In this document: in pieces, positions 7,939-17,338 of the stretch | Layout: each line of letters begins with the position of its first letter | How positions within the stretch are numbered: position 1 is the first letter of the stretch | NCBI GenBank assembly: GCA_049599475.1 | Contig: JBMYOQ010000046.1 | Location: 1-34,611, forward strand | Source of the DNA: Opitutales bacterium | GTDB taxonomy: Bacteria > Verrucomicrobiota > Verrucomicrobiia > Opitutales > JABSRG01 | Direction of reading: 5' to 3' | Length of the DNA: 34,611 nucleotides | Notes under the pieces: model-generated | The model's database searches: none | The model's input: only the letters and a program-made list of their open reading frames with translations | Told to the model about the DNA's origin: nothing | Translations under genes and position numbers: made by a program

Positions 7939-8589
7939 ATGAATATAAACCGATTCATTCCAATACTCGCGATTCTTTCAGGAATCGCTGTCTGCTCAAT
8001 AAAAGCGCAGAACAAAGCCACAATCCCTGGTGCACCCATCGGCTCTATAATCGCTTTTGCTGGGCCTGAGGACAAAATTCCTGAAGGGTGGATCCCGTGC
8101 CATGGACAGTCGCTGAATAAAACCGAATACCCGAGGCTTTTCAATACCATCGGGCAGATCTGGGGTAATGCATCGGGCCACCCGGACACATTCAACGCCC
8201 CAAACTTACAAGGACTCTTTCTGCGAGGAGTAGATATGGAAACACGTAAGGATAAACTGACCGACCCCGACAAAGCATCTAGAAAAAACTCCTACGGAAA
8301 GACAGTTGGCTCAGGTATAATTCCAGTCGGAACAATCCAAGATGACGCCCTTCAGGCACATACCCATGAAGACCCAGGACATAATCACGGAACGAATATG
8401 GCCAACAACAGTAAAGGTCTAGGCGAAGGTCCTCACTGGACAACACGAGGTATGGGCAACCATAAAACAACCAAGGAAAAGTCTAACATAGGCGAAGCAA
8501 CAGGATCCAGCCAGGGAGCAGTAAGAACATCAAAAGAAACACGACCCAAGAATGCCTACGTCTACTTCATCATTAAGGCGCGGATTTAG
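7939..8589 (+). CDS. Phage tail-collar domain protein with N-terminal signal peptide
   Basis: Collar motif PIGSIIAFAG...PEGWIPCHGQSL...YPRLFNTIG...TFNAPNLQGLFLRG, HxH repeats (AHTH, GHNH) and C-terminal ETRPKNAYVYFIIK. Signal-like N-terminus MNINRFIPILAILSGIAVCSIKA. Confidence 0.85.
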   Translation: MNINRFIPILAILSGIAVCSIKAQNKATIPGAPIGSIIAFAGPEDKIPEGWIPCHGQSLNKTEYPRLFNTIGQIWGNASGHPDTFNAPNLQGLFLRGVDMETRKDKLTDPDKASRKNSYGKTVGSGIIPVGTIQDDALQAHTHEDPGHNHGTNMANNSKGLGEGPHWTTRGMGNHKTTKEKSNIGEATGSSQGAVRTSKETRPKNAYVYFIIKARI

Positions 8590-8695
8590 GTTACACGAAG
8601 GATAAGACATATCTAGATGCACCTGAATGTGGTTACCAAGCCGTATAAGAGCAACACGGCATAAGAGTTCGGCATAACGAATGCTTTTCTGACGC

Positions 8696-9250
8696 ATGTT
8701 ATTCCTAGCAAGTTGGACAGGAACAGGACTTCAAGACTGGGCAGATATCTTCGCGGTGATCTTCGGGTTCTGCTCTATTATTACGGCCATCTCAGCTGTA
8801 TTTATCGCAGCAGGACAAGCTAAATTGGCAGGAGAGCAAGCCGAAGAATCCAGACGGCATACGAGGCTCAGCGTCAGACCTAAATTGATATTAAAGATCG
8901 CAATTAGTAGCGATGAAAGCGTGGCTATCGATATTGAAAACAAGGGGTTGGGACCAGCCACCATCTATGGTTTCACGGCAAATCTAGAGAATAAAACTTA
9001 CAATTTCATCCGAACCGGCGGAATGAACGATTGGATCAGAAAACTCGAATACATCGGTAAAATTAACCCCAAGCGTGTGATCAACGAAGATGGATACGTT
9101 GTGTCTGTAAACGAGAAACTCAGAATTCTTGAATTTTCTGAATCAGAGGGAAACACACTGCTATTCGAAGCACTGAAGCAACAATTCGCGAAAACTACCT
9201 TCGAAGTAAAATATCGATCATTCTACAATGAAACCTTTTCAGCGCGATAG
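8696..9250 (+). CDS. Hypothetical membrane-anchored protein
   Basis: N-terminal TM helix (IFAVIFGFCSIITAISAVFIAA), a short coiled stretch, then LSVRPKL...IENKGLGPA. This architecture is common among accessory-region orphans. Confidence 0.65.
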   Translation: MLFLASWTGTGLQDWADIFAVIFGFCSIITAISAVFIAAGQAKLAGEQAEESRRHTRLSVRPKLILKIAISSDESVAIDIENKGLGPATIYGFTANLENKTYNFIRTGGMNDWIRKLEYIGKINPKRVINEDGYVVSVNEKLRILEFSESEGNTLLFEALKQQFAKTTFEVKYRSFYNETFSAR

Positions 9251-9584
9251 TGAGCTCTCTATGAAGAAGTCCTAATCACTTCAATTTTTCTCTATAGAAA
9301 ACTGGCAAATTGTATGCGGCTCAGCGAACCCAACTCGAGTGTTTAAAGTTCAAATCTAGGCATCGAGCGGAGCCGATGAAAGCGCGGAGAATAGAATCCC
9401 TGCGAATGTGATTGTTTGCGCATCCGCGCTAATGCCAGCCGGCCCCTGTATTTATTTTCTAAATCAGTGATCATTCTTTGGCTGCAGAATGATACTTAAG
9501 GAGGCCGGTGACGTTTAAAACAACCAGACTAAAGACACAGCTCCAGAGTTCAGGTGATACAACTTGCGGCGTCTCCGGATCGGA

Positions 9585-12500
9585 TCAATCATGAGACACA
9601 ATCAGGCGGATGAAGAGGCTGTCGCCGGAGTGATTGAAACTTTCGGTAATTTCTTCGTAGTCGCCTGAAGGATTTAGTGTGATGTCTGTGCTGGTGGGTT
9701 GCCAGGATATCAGGTCGGTTGAAATTTCTAGGGTGGACTTTAATAGAGGATCGTCGCTCCTCTTTGGATACGTGTAGGAAACCAGATCGTCTGCAAAGGA
9801 TACACTGGGCATTTCGCCGAGATCGCTTGAATTCAGAGGATCTCCATTGAAGGCGTATTCATATAAATTGGAGCGGGCGTCGCCATCATCGTCGGCTTCC
9901 ATGAAGCCTTTGAGGCCATTCGTATTGGACCAGGCATAATACCCTTCTAGCGGCCATGCTACTGGATTATATTCGAGCTCCGCTATTTGGACGTAATGAG
10001 CAGCATCACTATCATTCACCTTTTCGATGAATAACCTATACCGTTTGAATTCTCCAGGATCTTGAACGGAGAAGGTTTTCAGCTCACCACGTGTATCGAA
10101 AACGACTCCTTGGCGCGTATCCAATGTGGTCCAAGTCCCACCACCATTGTTTGCCTGCAACTTCCAATCCATCGGATCGTTTTCCTGAGGACCCGACCCG
10201 GAGCGTACTGAATAATAGCCAACCGCAAGCGGATCATCGTATGTATTGTCAATCCAGCTCTCTAGCGGGCTAAAATGAATCCACTGCGTATTTTCATCAG
10301 CATCAAAGGCATTCGATGCCGCGCCATCGGGCGCATAGTCGCCAGCAGCATATATTGCAGGAGTGGATCTGATTTCGATACGATCAATCCGGATACCTTC
10401 TCCGCCAGAGGTATTCACGATCCGCAGAGTGTTCATACCTGTTTCCAAGGGCGTTGTAATTCGCACATATTCCCAATCACTCCAACCGCCAGTGTCTTGG
10501 AAATCAAAACTCGCGACTGTTTCACCGTTTATCAGCAGGTCACCGGTTCGGTTTCGAGGCGTCGAAAAGAAAATAGTAATCTGCGCAATCCCGCCTTTGC
10601 CGCCCTCGATATTATCGTATTCGATCCAAGAGCCTTCACTATTTAGGAAGGAATAGCCCATACCTGTCCAGCGATGATTATTCCACTGCACCGGTGCTCC
10701 AGACCGCCTCGTGTAGTATTCTGCTTGATACGTCCACAAGAAGCGTTTTTCACTCACTCCTAGATTCACCGTAACCGGGTTGCTGAAGGCTGATCGATTG
10801 AAAGTGTTTTTCGCACGCACCCGATATTTATAGACCCCATCCACCTCGACCGAAGTATCTGTATAACCGGTGACATTTGCGGGCACGCTTGTCAGGAATC
10901 TGTAATTTTCAGTGCCATTATTTGTGCGCTCGATTACGAAACTGTCCTCATCCAAGGCAGTGTCCAACCAGTCCAGGGCGACGAATGGTGATTCATCATT
11001 GCGATAATGCGTCGCCTTGAGGCGCACAGGTTGATCAGGGCCCACGCCATAGGTGAGCCGGTCAGCAAGCTGAGCCTCATAGAGAGATTGAATATTGGGG
11101 GTCTTTCCAGTCCCCTCTACATGGCCAAAATCGTAGACATAGCGCCCAACATTGCCATCGGTTGCTATCGCATAGTTTTGCCCAAGCGGCGGCTCCTCGC
11201 AGATCACGTAATAGCCTCCGGGCACCGAGACATTCCAAGCGACTTGCCCCGTCCCAGTCCACCCGTGAGCCGTGCCACTGTCTCCTCGATTATAGAGCGC
11301 GAGGAGGACACTTGTTTTTGGATTGGTCCAAGTGATATCGTCCCACAACATTGCAGAGCCCCAGCGGCGGTGGTTTTCAGATGCGCTGTACGAGCGATTC
11401 GCCGTCGATTGCGTAAAGACGATACCGTTGACACCCGCTCCCCCATTTGCGACGAAGCAGTGGCGCCCGTTGCTGGCCTCACATCCCTTTATCAAGATAT
11501 CATGCGAGTCAGTACCGACAAAAAAGTTGTATCGACGTCCGCCTGATATTTTCGAAACTGGATCAATAGCCCGGCAGTCCAACGCGGTGCATCTCTCTGA
11601 ACGCGAGAAGCGAATGCCCGATTCTGCGAACCCTTTGGCGGTGACATTTTGTACCCAACAATTCCTTGCATGAATAAAATGCACGCAGTCCCAAGGATGC
11701 GACTCATCATCGCCACCCTGATTCTGACTCACAACCCGCAAGTCCTTGACGCCTACCTCTTGGACAATGCCTTGACCACTATGGCGATAGACTGTCGCTT
11801 GAGCTAAATTTCGATCAATCTCATGATAGATAGGTGAATCTAATTTTATCTGATTACCCACGATCGCAGTGACATTCCCATGAAAAAACATGTCCAAGCT
11901 CTTGTCCCCGGGCTTCCACTGATTGGGATCGCCGTCGATATTTCCATAATTAACGGCATTGAGCCATGCGTCCGTCGCTAGATGCTCGATAATCAAATAG
12001 TCGCCAACGGAATATATTGATGCGTCCTCGACCTCAAAAGTCCGACAACCCGCGGGGATGTATGAGCTCACAATATTTTGCCGTGTTCCAGCCTCCTCTT
12101 GGTTCCGACTACTCAGTGGCTCGATTACGATAATCCCCCGCTCTTTCCGCTGTTTCGTACTGGTTCCAGTGATACGTGTTGCGTTGGGACCTGATCCAGG
12201 CCCCCGTCCGCGCAGGATGATTCCGCTTTCGCGTATGTAGACTATATTCTCTACATCATAGTTTCCCGCGTTGAGCAAAAGGGTCCCTCGGTAGCCATTG
12301 GCTCCCACCGGCATCGCAGCCACTTCGTCGATAGCGTTCTGTATATGTTCTGTATTATCGCCTTCGATCGGATCGATCGTTTTGACGACTGGAGCATTTG
12401 GGAAATCCACCCCACCCCCGCGATAGCCTGCATGGCTAAAATCAACGATGCGGTTAGAGTTTTCATCGGCAACGTAGGTGAGTCTTCCGTCACCACCATG

Positions 12501-12587
12501 GAAAACTCGGGAGGAATTCCAGGCTAAGGCATTAAATTGAGCGAAGATAGAAACAACACAAAGCAAAAGGGCTCTTGCAGAATTCAT
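9585..12587 (-). CDS. Secreted multidomain right-handed beta-helix polysaccharide lyase-like protein (FN3, CBM6/35-like, F5/8-CBM32-like, PVC-type C-terminal tail)
   Basis: Signal peptide. DFSHAGYRGGG and DNTEHIQNAIDEVA...LLLNAGNY (pectate-lyase-3-like N-terminus), plus beta-helix repeats. FN3 (LDWLD...YTDTSV...YKYRVRA). CBM6/35-like (YQAEYY...TGGWSDW...IDRIEI). F5/8-like (AFDADENTQW...PMDWKLQA...WTTLD). Tail DDDGDARSNLYEYAFNGDP...STDLISW. Confidence 0.75.
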   Translation of the reverse strand: MNSARALLLCVVSIFAQFNALAWNSSRVFHGGDGRLTYVADENSNRIVDFSHAGYRGGGVDFPNAPVVKTIDPIEGDNTEHIQNAIDEVAAMPVGANGYRGTLLLNAGNYDVENIVYIRESGIILRGRGPGSGPNATRITGTSTKQRKERGIIVIEPLSSRNQEEAGTRQNIVSSYIPAGCRTFEVEDASIYSVGDYLIIEHLATDAWLNAVNYGNIDGDPNQWKPGDKSLDMFFHGNVTAIVGNQIKLDSPIYHEIDRNLAQATVYRHSGQGIVQEVGVKDLRVVSQNQGGDDESHPWDCVHFIHARNCWVQNVTAKGFAESGIRFSRSERCTALDCRAIDPVSKISGGRRYNFFVGTDSHDILIKGCEASNGRHCFVANGGAGVNGIVFTQSTANRSYSASENHRRWGSAMLWDDITWTNPKTSVLLALYNRGDSGTAHGWTGTGQVAWNVSVPGGYYVICEEPPLGQNYAIATDGNVGRYVYDFGHVEGTGKTPNIQSLYEAQLADRLTYGVGPDQPVRLKATHYRNDESPFVALDWLDTALDEDSFVIERTNNGTENYRFLTSVPANVTGYTDTSVEVDGVYKYRVRAKNTFNRSAFSNPVTVNLGVSEKRFLWTYQAEYYTRRSGAPVQWNNHRWTGMGYSFLNSEGSWIEYDNIEGGKGGIAQITIFFSTPRNRTGDLLINGETVASFDFQDTGGWSDWEYVRITTPLETGMNTLRIVNTSGGEGIRIDRIEIRSTPAIYAAGDYAPDGAASNAFDADENTQWIHFSPLESWIDNTYDDPLAVGYYSVRSGSGPQENDPMDWKLQANNGGGTWTTLDTRQGVVFDTRGELKTFSVQDPGEFKRYRLFIEKVNDSDAAHYVQIAELEYNPVAWPLEGYYAWSNTNGLKGFMEADDDGDARSNLYEYAFNGDPLNSSDLGEMPSVSFADDLVSYTYPKRSDDPLLKSTLEISTDLISWQPTSTDITLNPSGDYEEITESFNHSGDSLFIRLIVSHD

Positions 12588-12796
12588 GAGAATGGGGGGC
12601 TAGGGAGAATAAGAAGTAGATAGCTCCGCCCGCGGTTTTCTTGTCTCATTCACCTCTTGGGTTAATCGGGTAATCACTCAGCGATGAAGGAAGCTTGGGA
12701 ATTGACGAGGAAACCGCAGACGTCGATTTCTCCTAAATACCACATACATCCGCGCACACAACCTCACGCCGACTACGCGTGTACGTAGCGAGAAAC

Positions 12797-12827
12797 AAAA
12801 AAAAGCCCGCACTGATTGAGTGCGGGC
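12797..12827 (-). terminator. Rho-independent terminator
   Basis: The minus strand reads GCCCGCACT-CAATC-AGTGCGGGC followed by T8, ~35 nt after the stop at 12863. Confidence 0.9.
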
Positions 12828-12862
12828 CTTCAAAGCAAGTAATTTTATATTCGATACAACGC

Positions 12863-15574
12863 CTACTCCAGCGCATGCACGTAGCCGTCTCCAGCGAGGA
12901 CGTAGACCTTGTCGCGGTAAATACAGAGGGTGGCTTCTTCTACGCGTTGGCCGAGCTTATACATCCAGATAGGCTCTCCGTTGTAGGCGTCCAAGCAGTA
13001 GAAATTTGGTGTATTGCCTGAGCCGATGTATACACGATCGCTGGCAATCGCAGGAGCCGAGAGTCCTCCACCGTCTTCAAACGTCCAGTGAATTTTTGCG
13101 GACTCCGAATCGACACAATAGATTCGCGAGGCTGTCGGGACCCCACGGAGCCCCACACCCACTCGGGCGGTGTAGTAGGCGCGATCCTCGAAGAATGCTG
13201 GCGTGGCATTGAAGTTGGAAAAGTTTCCTGTGTGTTGCGGGTTTGTGTTACCATGGCTTAGCACGTCGCCTGTTTCGCCGTCGAAATTCATGAAGACACT
13301 ACTATGGTGTGGCAGGTAGATCTTGCCCTCGGTCGCAATCAAGGTGCCCGAGTCGAGGCCGATACCATTTTGTTTCCAGACGATTTCGCCTGTCTTTTTG
13401 TCGAAGGCGTAAAGCGAGCCACTCCACGAGCCGAAGTAAACGAGATCGCCGTCGATCGCAGGCTCCGCTGGGACGGATTTCGCGGTCGGATACATCCATA
13501 CGATGTTTCCGTTTTTCGCATCCAGAGCCATGCAATAGCCGCTCACGGTCGGAATGTAGACCATGCCGTCGTCGTAGGCCGCAGAGCCCCAGACCCAACC
13601 GCCTGGAATGGTCTGTTTCCATTCGAGTTCGCCTGTGTTGGCATCCACGGCATAGAAGAAACGCTCACCGCCCTGCTGTCCGGCAAATACCTTTCCTTCG
13701 CCGATGGCAGGTCCTACGGAAATAGCGGCACCCATTTCAAATTTCCAAATTTCCTCGCCTGTATCGGCATCCACGGAGAAGAGGAATCCAGCCGCATTAC
13801 CGAAATACACTTTGCCATCCTTAGCAGTCGGCTTGGACTGGTAATATGTGCCGCCCGAGAGAACGTCGGTGAAAATGCGCTCACCTTCTTCTGTCTCGAA
13901 AGCGTTGAGTAGGCTGCGCTTCCAGACGATGTCGCCATCTGCGTTTACGCGTCGAAGCCACAGGTCGCTATCGTTTACGAGAACGGAGTCTCCTGCAGGG
14001 ACGAGGTCTGCGTAGATTTGGTGAGTGGAGAGTTGTTTCGTCCACTGGACCTTACCCTTTTTGCTCACAGAGGCAATCTTGCCGTCGACAGTTGCGACAA
14101 TAATGCCTTTGGAGGTCATCGCAGGCTTTGCACGCGCCCAATCCGAGAGCTTTACGTCCCACTCGATTTTGCCACTTTTTGCGTCGAGGCAGTAGAGGCG
14201 CTTGTTCGCGGCACCTACATAGATCTTGCCATCAACATACAGAGGCACGGTAAATTGTTTGCGCGCACCTGGCTCAGGATTCTTGATACGTGTCTCCCAC
14301 TTTACTTCACCATCATGCTCACCAAGGGCGTAGAGAGTCCCACCATTAGCACCGAAATAAACGACCCCACCGACCAAGGTGACCGCGGTATTCACGGCAC
14401 CATCTGCCTTGAATTTCCATGCGACTCGATCCGCTGCAGAGTGGTCCCAAGTCTTATCACCCAGGCTAGGGTGGCGTTCCCCTGTAAGGCTTACTGAATA
14501 CAAATAACCTTCAGTCGTTCCTTGGAAGACAACGTAATCCGTCATCACGGGCTCGGCCAAGACATCGATATCGCCGATATTCAAATCCCACAATTTGCGA
14601 TTATTATCTACATCTGCACAGATGAGGCGGTTCAGGTTTTGGCAAATTGGCGGGTAGCTGTAAATATCGTGAATGCCGAATGGATAGATAGTGTATTTTC
14701 CATTACTTGCAACCGGTGCTACCTGGGTGCGGTAATCGATGTGCCCCGCGAATTTCCGCGAAAGGGTCTTTCCGGTCTTCTTGTCGATATAGACTAAGTT
14801 GCGCGCTTGGCCTTCATTGCCGCCGTGACTATTCACCTCGCGGTAAATGATTTTATCTTCAAGCACAACCGGTGTAGACATAAACGCCGGGTATTTATAG
14901 ATACCAAAGAGCGGATGTTGCTGGGTAGATTTCCAGATATCCTCGCCCGAATCTAGATCGATAGCGAAACTGGTCGTGTTCATGCCAGGCGAAGCCACGT
15001 AGACGACCCCATCTTGCACCACTGGACGCGCGTACCAACCCAGCCCTACAGGGAACTTCCATGCCAGCTTACCCTCTTTGGGTCCGGGCGCTTTGGTGTA
15101 TCCGGTGTTGTGCTTATTTCCCTGAAACATGGGCCAGTCCGCATCCATGTCTCCCCCTTTTGGGAAGTCCTTCGGATCCGCGGTAAAGGGCTCCATGAAC
15201 GGCCCTTCCGTTACCAACTTGTGTTGAATGGATTCCATGACCTCGAACCCTTCGTCGATAATTGGACCGATCTGCTTCAACGCATCTTCCTTTACCTTGC
15301 CTTTCCCGCGAACGATACGCCATTCCAAGCCATAGTAGGCTTTATCGACGTCGAAAAACGGGTGTGTATCGGCTCCCTGTTGCTGCAGAGCGCCCAACCA
15401 CATAAAGAGCAAAAGCGAACGCTCGCGGAAGTTCTCAGCAGAGGTCGGCGACTCCTTTACCTCAGCACGAATACGATCGATATCGGCACTGCCGCTGCTG
15501 ATGAATTCGGCCCTCAGTGTTAGACTAGCCATGAGCAAACCAGCCAACAAGCTGATGATTATTTTTATTTTCAT
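12863..15574 (-). CDS. Exported PQQ-binding-like beta-propeller repeat protein
   Basis: Start moved to the ATG at 15574 (MKIKIIISLLAGLLMASLTLRA, a signal peptide), which removes the overlap with the upstream gene. WPMFQGNKHNTG opener and many Trp-docking repeats (A/LD...G...W), enough for more than one propeller. Confidence 0.85.
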   Translation of the reverse strand: MKIKIIISLLAGLLMASLTLRAEFISSGSADIDRIRAEVKESPTSAENFRERSLLLFMWLGALQQQGADTHPFFDVDKAYYGLEWRIVRGKGKVKEDALKQIGPIIDEGFEVMESIQHKLVTEGPFMEPFTADPKDFPKGGDMDADWPMFQGNKHNTGYTKAPGPKEGKLAWKFPVGLGWYARPVVQDGVVYVASPGMNTTSFAIDLDSGEDIWKSTQQHPLFGIYKYPAFMSTPVVLEDKIIYREVNSHGGNEGQARNLVYIDKKTGKTLSRKFAGHIDYRTQVAPVASNGKYTIYPFGIHDIYSYPPICQNLNRLICADVDNNRKLWDLNIGDIDVLAEPVMTDYVVFQGTTEGYLYSVSLTGERHPSLGDKTWDHSAADRVAWKFKADGAVNTAVTLVGGVVYFGANGGTLYALGEHDGEVKWETRIKNPEPGARKQFTVPLYVDGKIYVGAANKRLYCLDAKSGKIEWDVKLSDWARAKPAMTSKGIIVATVDGKIASVSKKGKVQWTKQLSTHQIYADLVPAGDSVLVNDSDLWLRRVNADGDIVWKRSLLNAFETEEGERIFTDVLSGGTYYQSKPTAKDGKVYFGNAAGFLFSVDADTGEEIWKFEMGAAISVGPAIGEGKVFAGQQGGERFFYAVDANTGELEWKQTIPGGWVWGSAAYDDGMVYIPTVSGYCMALDAKNGNIVWMYPTAKSVPAEPAIDGDLVYFGSWSGSLYAFDKKTGEIVWKQNGIGLDSGTLIATEGKIYLPHHSSVFMNFDGETGDVLSHGNTNPQHTGNFSNFNATPAFFEDRAYYTARVGVGLRGVPTASRIYCVDSESAKIHWTFEDGGGLSAPAIASDRVYIGSGNTPNFYCLDAYNGEPIWMYKLGQRVEEATLCIYRDKVYVLAGDGYVHALE

Positions 15575-15612
15575 AGATTCGGATTCTAATGGGTAATTCG
15601 ACTTGAGACGTT

Positions 15613-17139
15613 TTAGATAAACAGCGCTTTGAAAACTTGCTCGTGGGTTACTCGAGCATTCGGCCAATCCGGTTGTCCCGACAGAGCCTTTAGGATGAGT
15701 TTCAACCAACGCTCACCTCGCCATGTATGGAGATCGAGGGGGTCAATGAACCCGTGTTTATCTATAAATTGAGGGGTCGCCATGAGGCTCTGGCGCAAGG
15801 TATCCGAGGTCACACGCGCCTCTTGAAGCCATCGGCTGTTTATTTCAAATTCTTCAGGACTTGGGACGCGCCCGAGCATTTCCAGATAGGCCATTTCAAC
15901 AATTGCCCTCGCTTCGGGACCTGGGTAGGCCTGGTCACGATTTCCCAAAGCATTACGCGAGTCTTTGGGCCCACGCGAAGACCGAATTACCCGCGTCAGA
16001 CTCTTTTTCATAGGCACGAATTCGTCTTGTAGTTCGCTCGCTCCTACCGTTTCTGGATTAAACAAAAACGCTGCAGGCGCATCGGGTTTCACGCCATGCC
16101 AGCCATCTCCGAGTCCGGAGTAAATCGCGTCGCTGGTATTGCCGCGCACCTCAAAGCCCTCGATACCATCCACCACGAAGCCGTATCCGCCGGCACCCCC
16201 GGCAATGTGATTATTTTTCACGGTAGCTCCGATAAGCGTCGTGCCTGCGAATCGCCCGTTCCAGGGTGCACCTCCCAGCGGAACGCCCACATGGATACGC
16301 GCACCGATCGCTGCGATATAGTTCTCCTCGACGACGATATCCCGGTAATCGAACGTTTGCGCTTCAGCGTCTATCTGATGAAATCCAAATGGATCGATCA
16401 GCGCGATACCGCCCAGCATCTCGCGTCCGATGGCCACGATAACATTATCTTTCACATGACTCCCCGGGGCTCCTTGGAGCATAATACCCTCGTCAGTGAC
16501 GTCGTAGATCAAGTTGTTAAAGACCCGTGTGCGCGTGCTCGCCGTAGAAATGCCGTCGCCAAAACCAAAAGGCTTCTCATAGGGAGCACGTCCATTCCCC
16601 CGGATGTCTGCTCCGGCCCCAAATACGACGTTATTCGCGATCAAAATATCACTCGCCCCCTCTTGCACATGTATGGCACCCCATCCACCGGCCGACCGAC
16701 TATTCAAGACGATACAATGACTGATCTCTTGACCATCGCCGCCCTCGCCTCCGAAGGATAACATGGGCTCTCCAGGAATCACTCCGTCTTCGCTGAAAAA
16801 CGCCGAGCGCTGCGCATCAAGAATCAAGTGTTTAAGCGTGGCCCCAGGCACTTCATGGGCATTTACAAGCGTCCCGATGGATCCCGGAGCTAGAACAATT
16901 TTAGCAAATCCTGAGGCATTTATGGCGCCTGCAGTCTCGATACGCTGCCCGGCCTTCCGGAATATAAGTGTGCCCTCAATCTCGTGCACAGACCCTGGCT
17001 CCAGAAGAACATCCTCTCCACGATCCAGGAGCTTCTGGATATCGATAGCCTCCGCCTGCACAGACCCACAAGTCATCAAACCGATGAAAATCGCGGCAAT
17101 CAGCATCACTGAGCTATGGAATGAGGGGATTGGGAACAT
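15613..17139 (-). CDS. Exported right-handed parallel beta-helix protein with a DUF4214-like C-terminal helical module
   Basis: Signal peptide ending VQA. Beta-helix repeats (IANNVVFG, VFNNLIYDVTDEGI, VKDNVIVA, VEENYIAA). C-terminal AYLEMLGRVPSPEE...LMATPQF. Confidence 0.75.
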   Translation of the reverse strand: MFPIPSFHSSVMLIAAIFIGLMTCGSVQAEAIDIQKLLDRGEDVLLEPGSVHEIEGTLIFRKAGQRIETAGAINASGFAKIVLAPGSIGTLVNAHEVPGATLKHLILDAQRSAFFSEDGVIPGEPMLSFGGEGGDGQEISHCIVLNSRSAGGWGAIHVQEGASDILIANNVVFGAGADIRGNGRAPYEKPFGFGDGISTASTRTRVFNNLIYDVTDEGIMLQGAPGSHVKDNVIVAIGREMLGGIALIDPFGFHQIDAEAQTFDYRDIVVEENYIAAIGARIHVGVPLGGAPWNGRFAGTTLIGATVKNNHIAGGAGGYGFVVDGIEGFEVRGNTSDAIYSGLGDGWHGVKPDAPAAFLFNPETVGASELQDEFVPMKKSLTRVIRSSRGPKDSRNALGNRDQAYPGPEARAIVEMAYLEMLGRVPSPEEFEINSRWLQEARVTSDTLRQSLMATPQFIDKHGFIDPLDLHTWRGERWLKLILKALSGQPDWPNARVTHEQVFKALFI

Positions 17140-17338
17140 TTTTCACCTTTTGCATATTGTCTACATTCTATCAAGCATAACGCATCTGTCCGACTTTCGT
17201 TTCGTATTTTTGTAAGAATAAAAACTGCGATGCGGATTTAGAGGAATCTGAGACAATGCCACACAGTCACGGAGGGCCGCACTTATAGTATCTGTAACGG
17301 CTCGTATCTTCTAATCGAGACCGGTCGTCATTTTTAGC

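Noticed and set aside
8641..8680. Three short CGGCATAAGAG-like direct repeats, or an integron attC site
   Set aside because: Spacing is irregular (16 and 13 nt) and the copies are degenerate. No paired RYYYAAC/GTTRRRY boxes with an internal palindrome were found.
7939..9250. Prophage or contractile injection system
   Set aside because: Only a lone collar-domain gene is present. There are no capsid, terminase, sheath, baseplate or integrase genes.
12863..15709. bamB or PQQ-dependent dehydrogenase call, and the 948-aa start at 15709
   Set aside because: The protein is far larger than BamB, has no lipobox, lacks a bam context and shows no recognisable dehydrogenase motifs. The 15709 start overlaps the upstream gene and buries the signal peptide.
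13006..17215. Long plus-strand ORFs (e.g. 13304-13912, 15014-15523, 16096-16761)
   Set aside because: These are antisense shadows of well-supported GC-rich minus-strand genes and carry no recognisable motifs.
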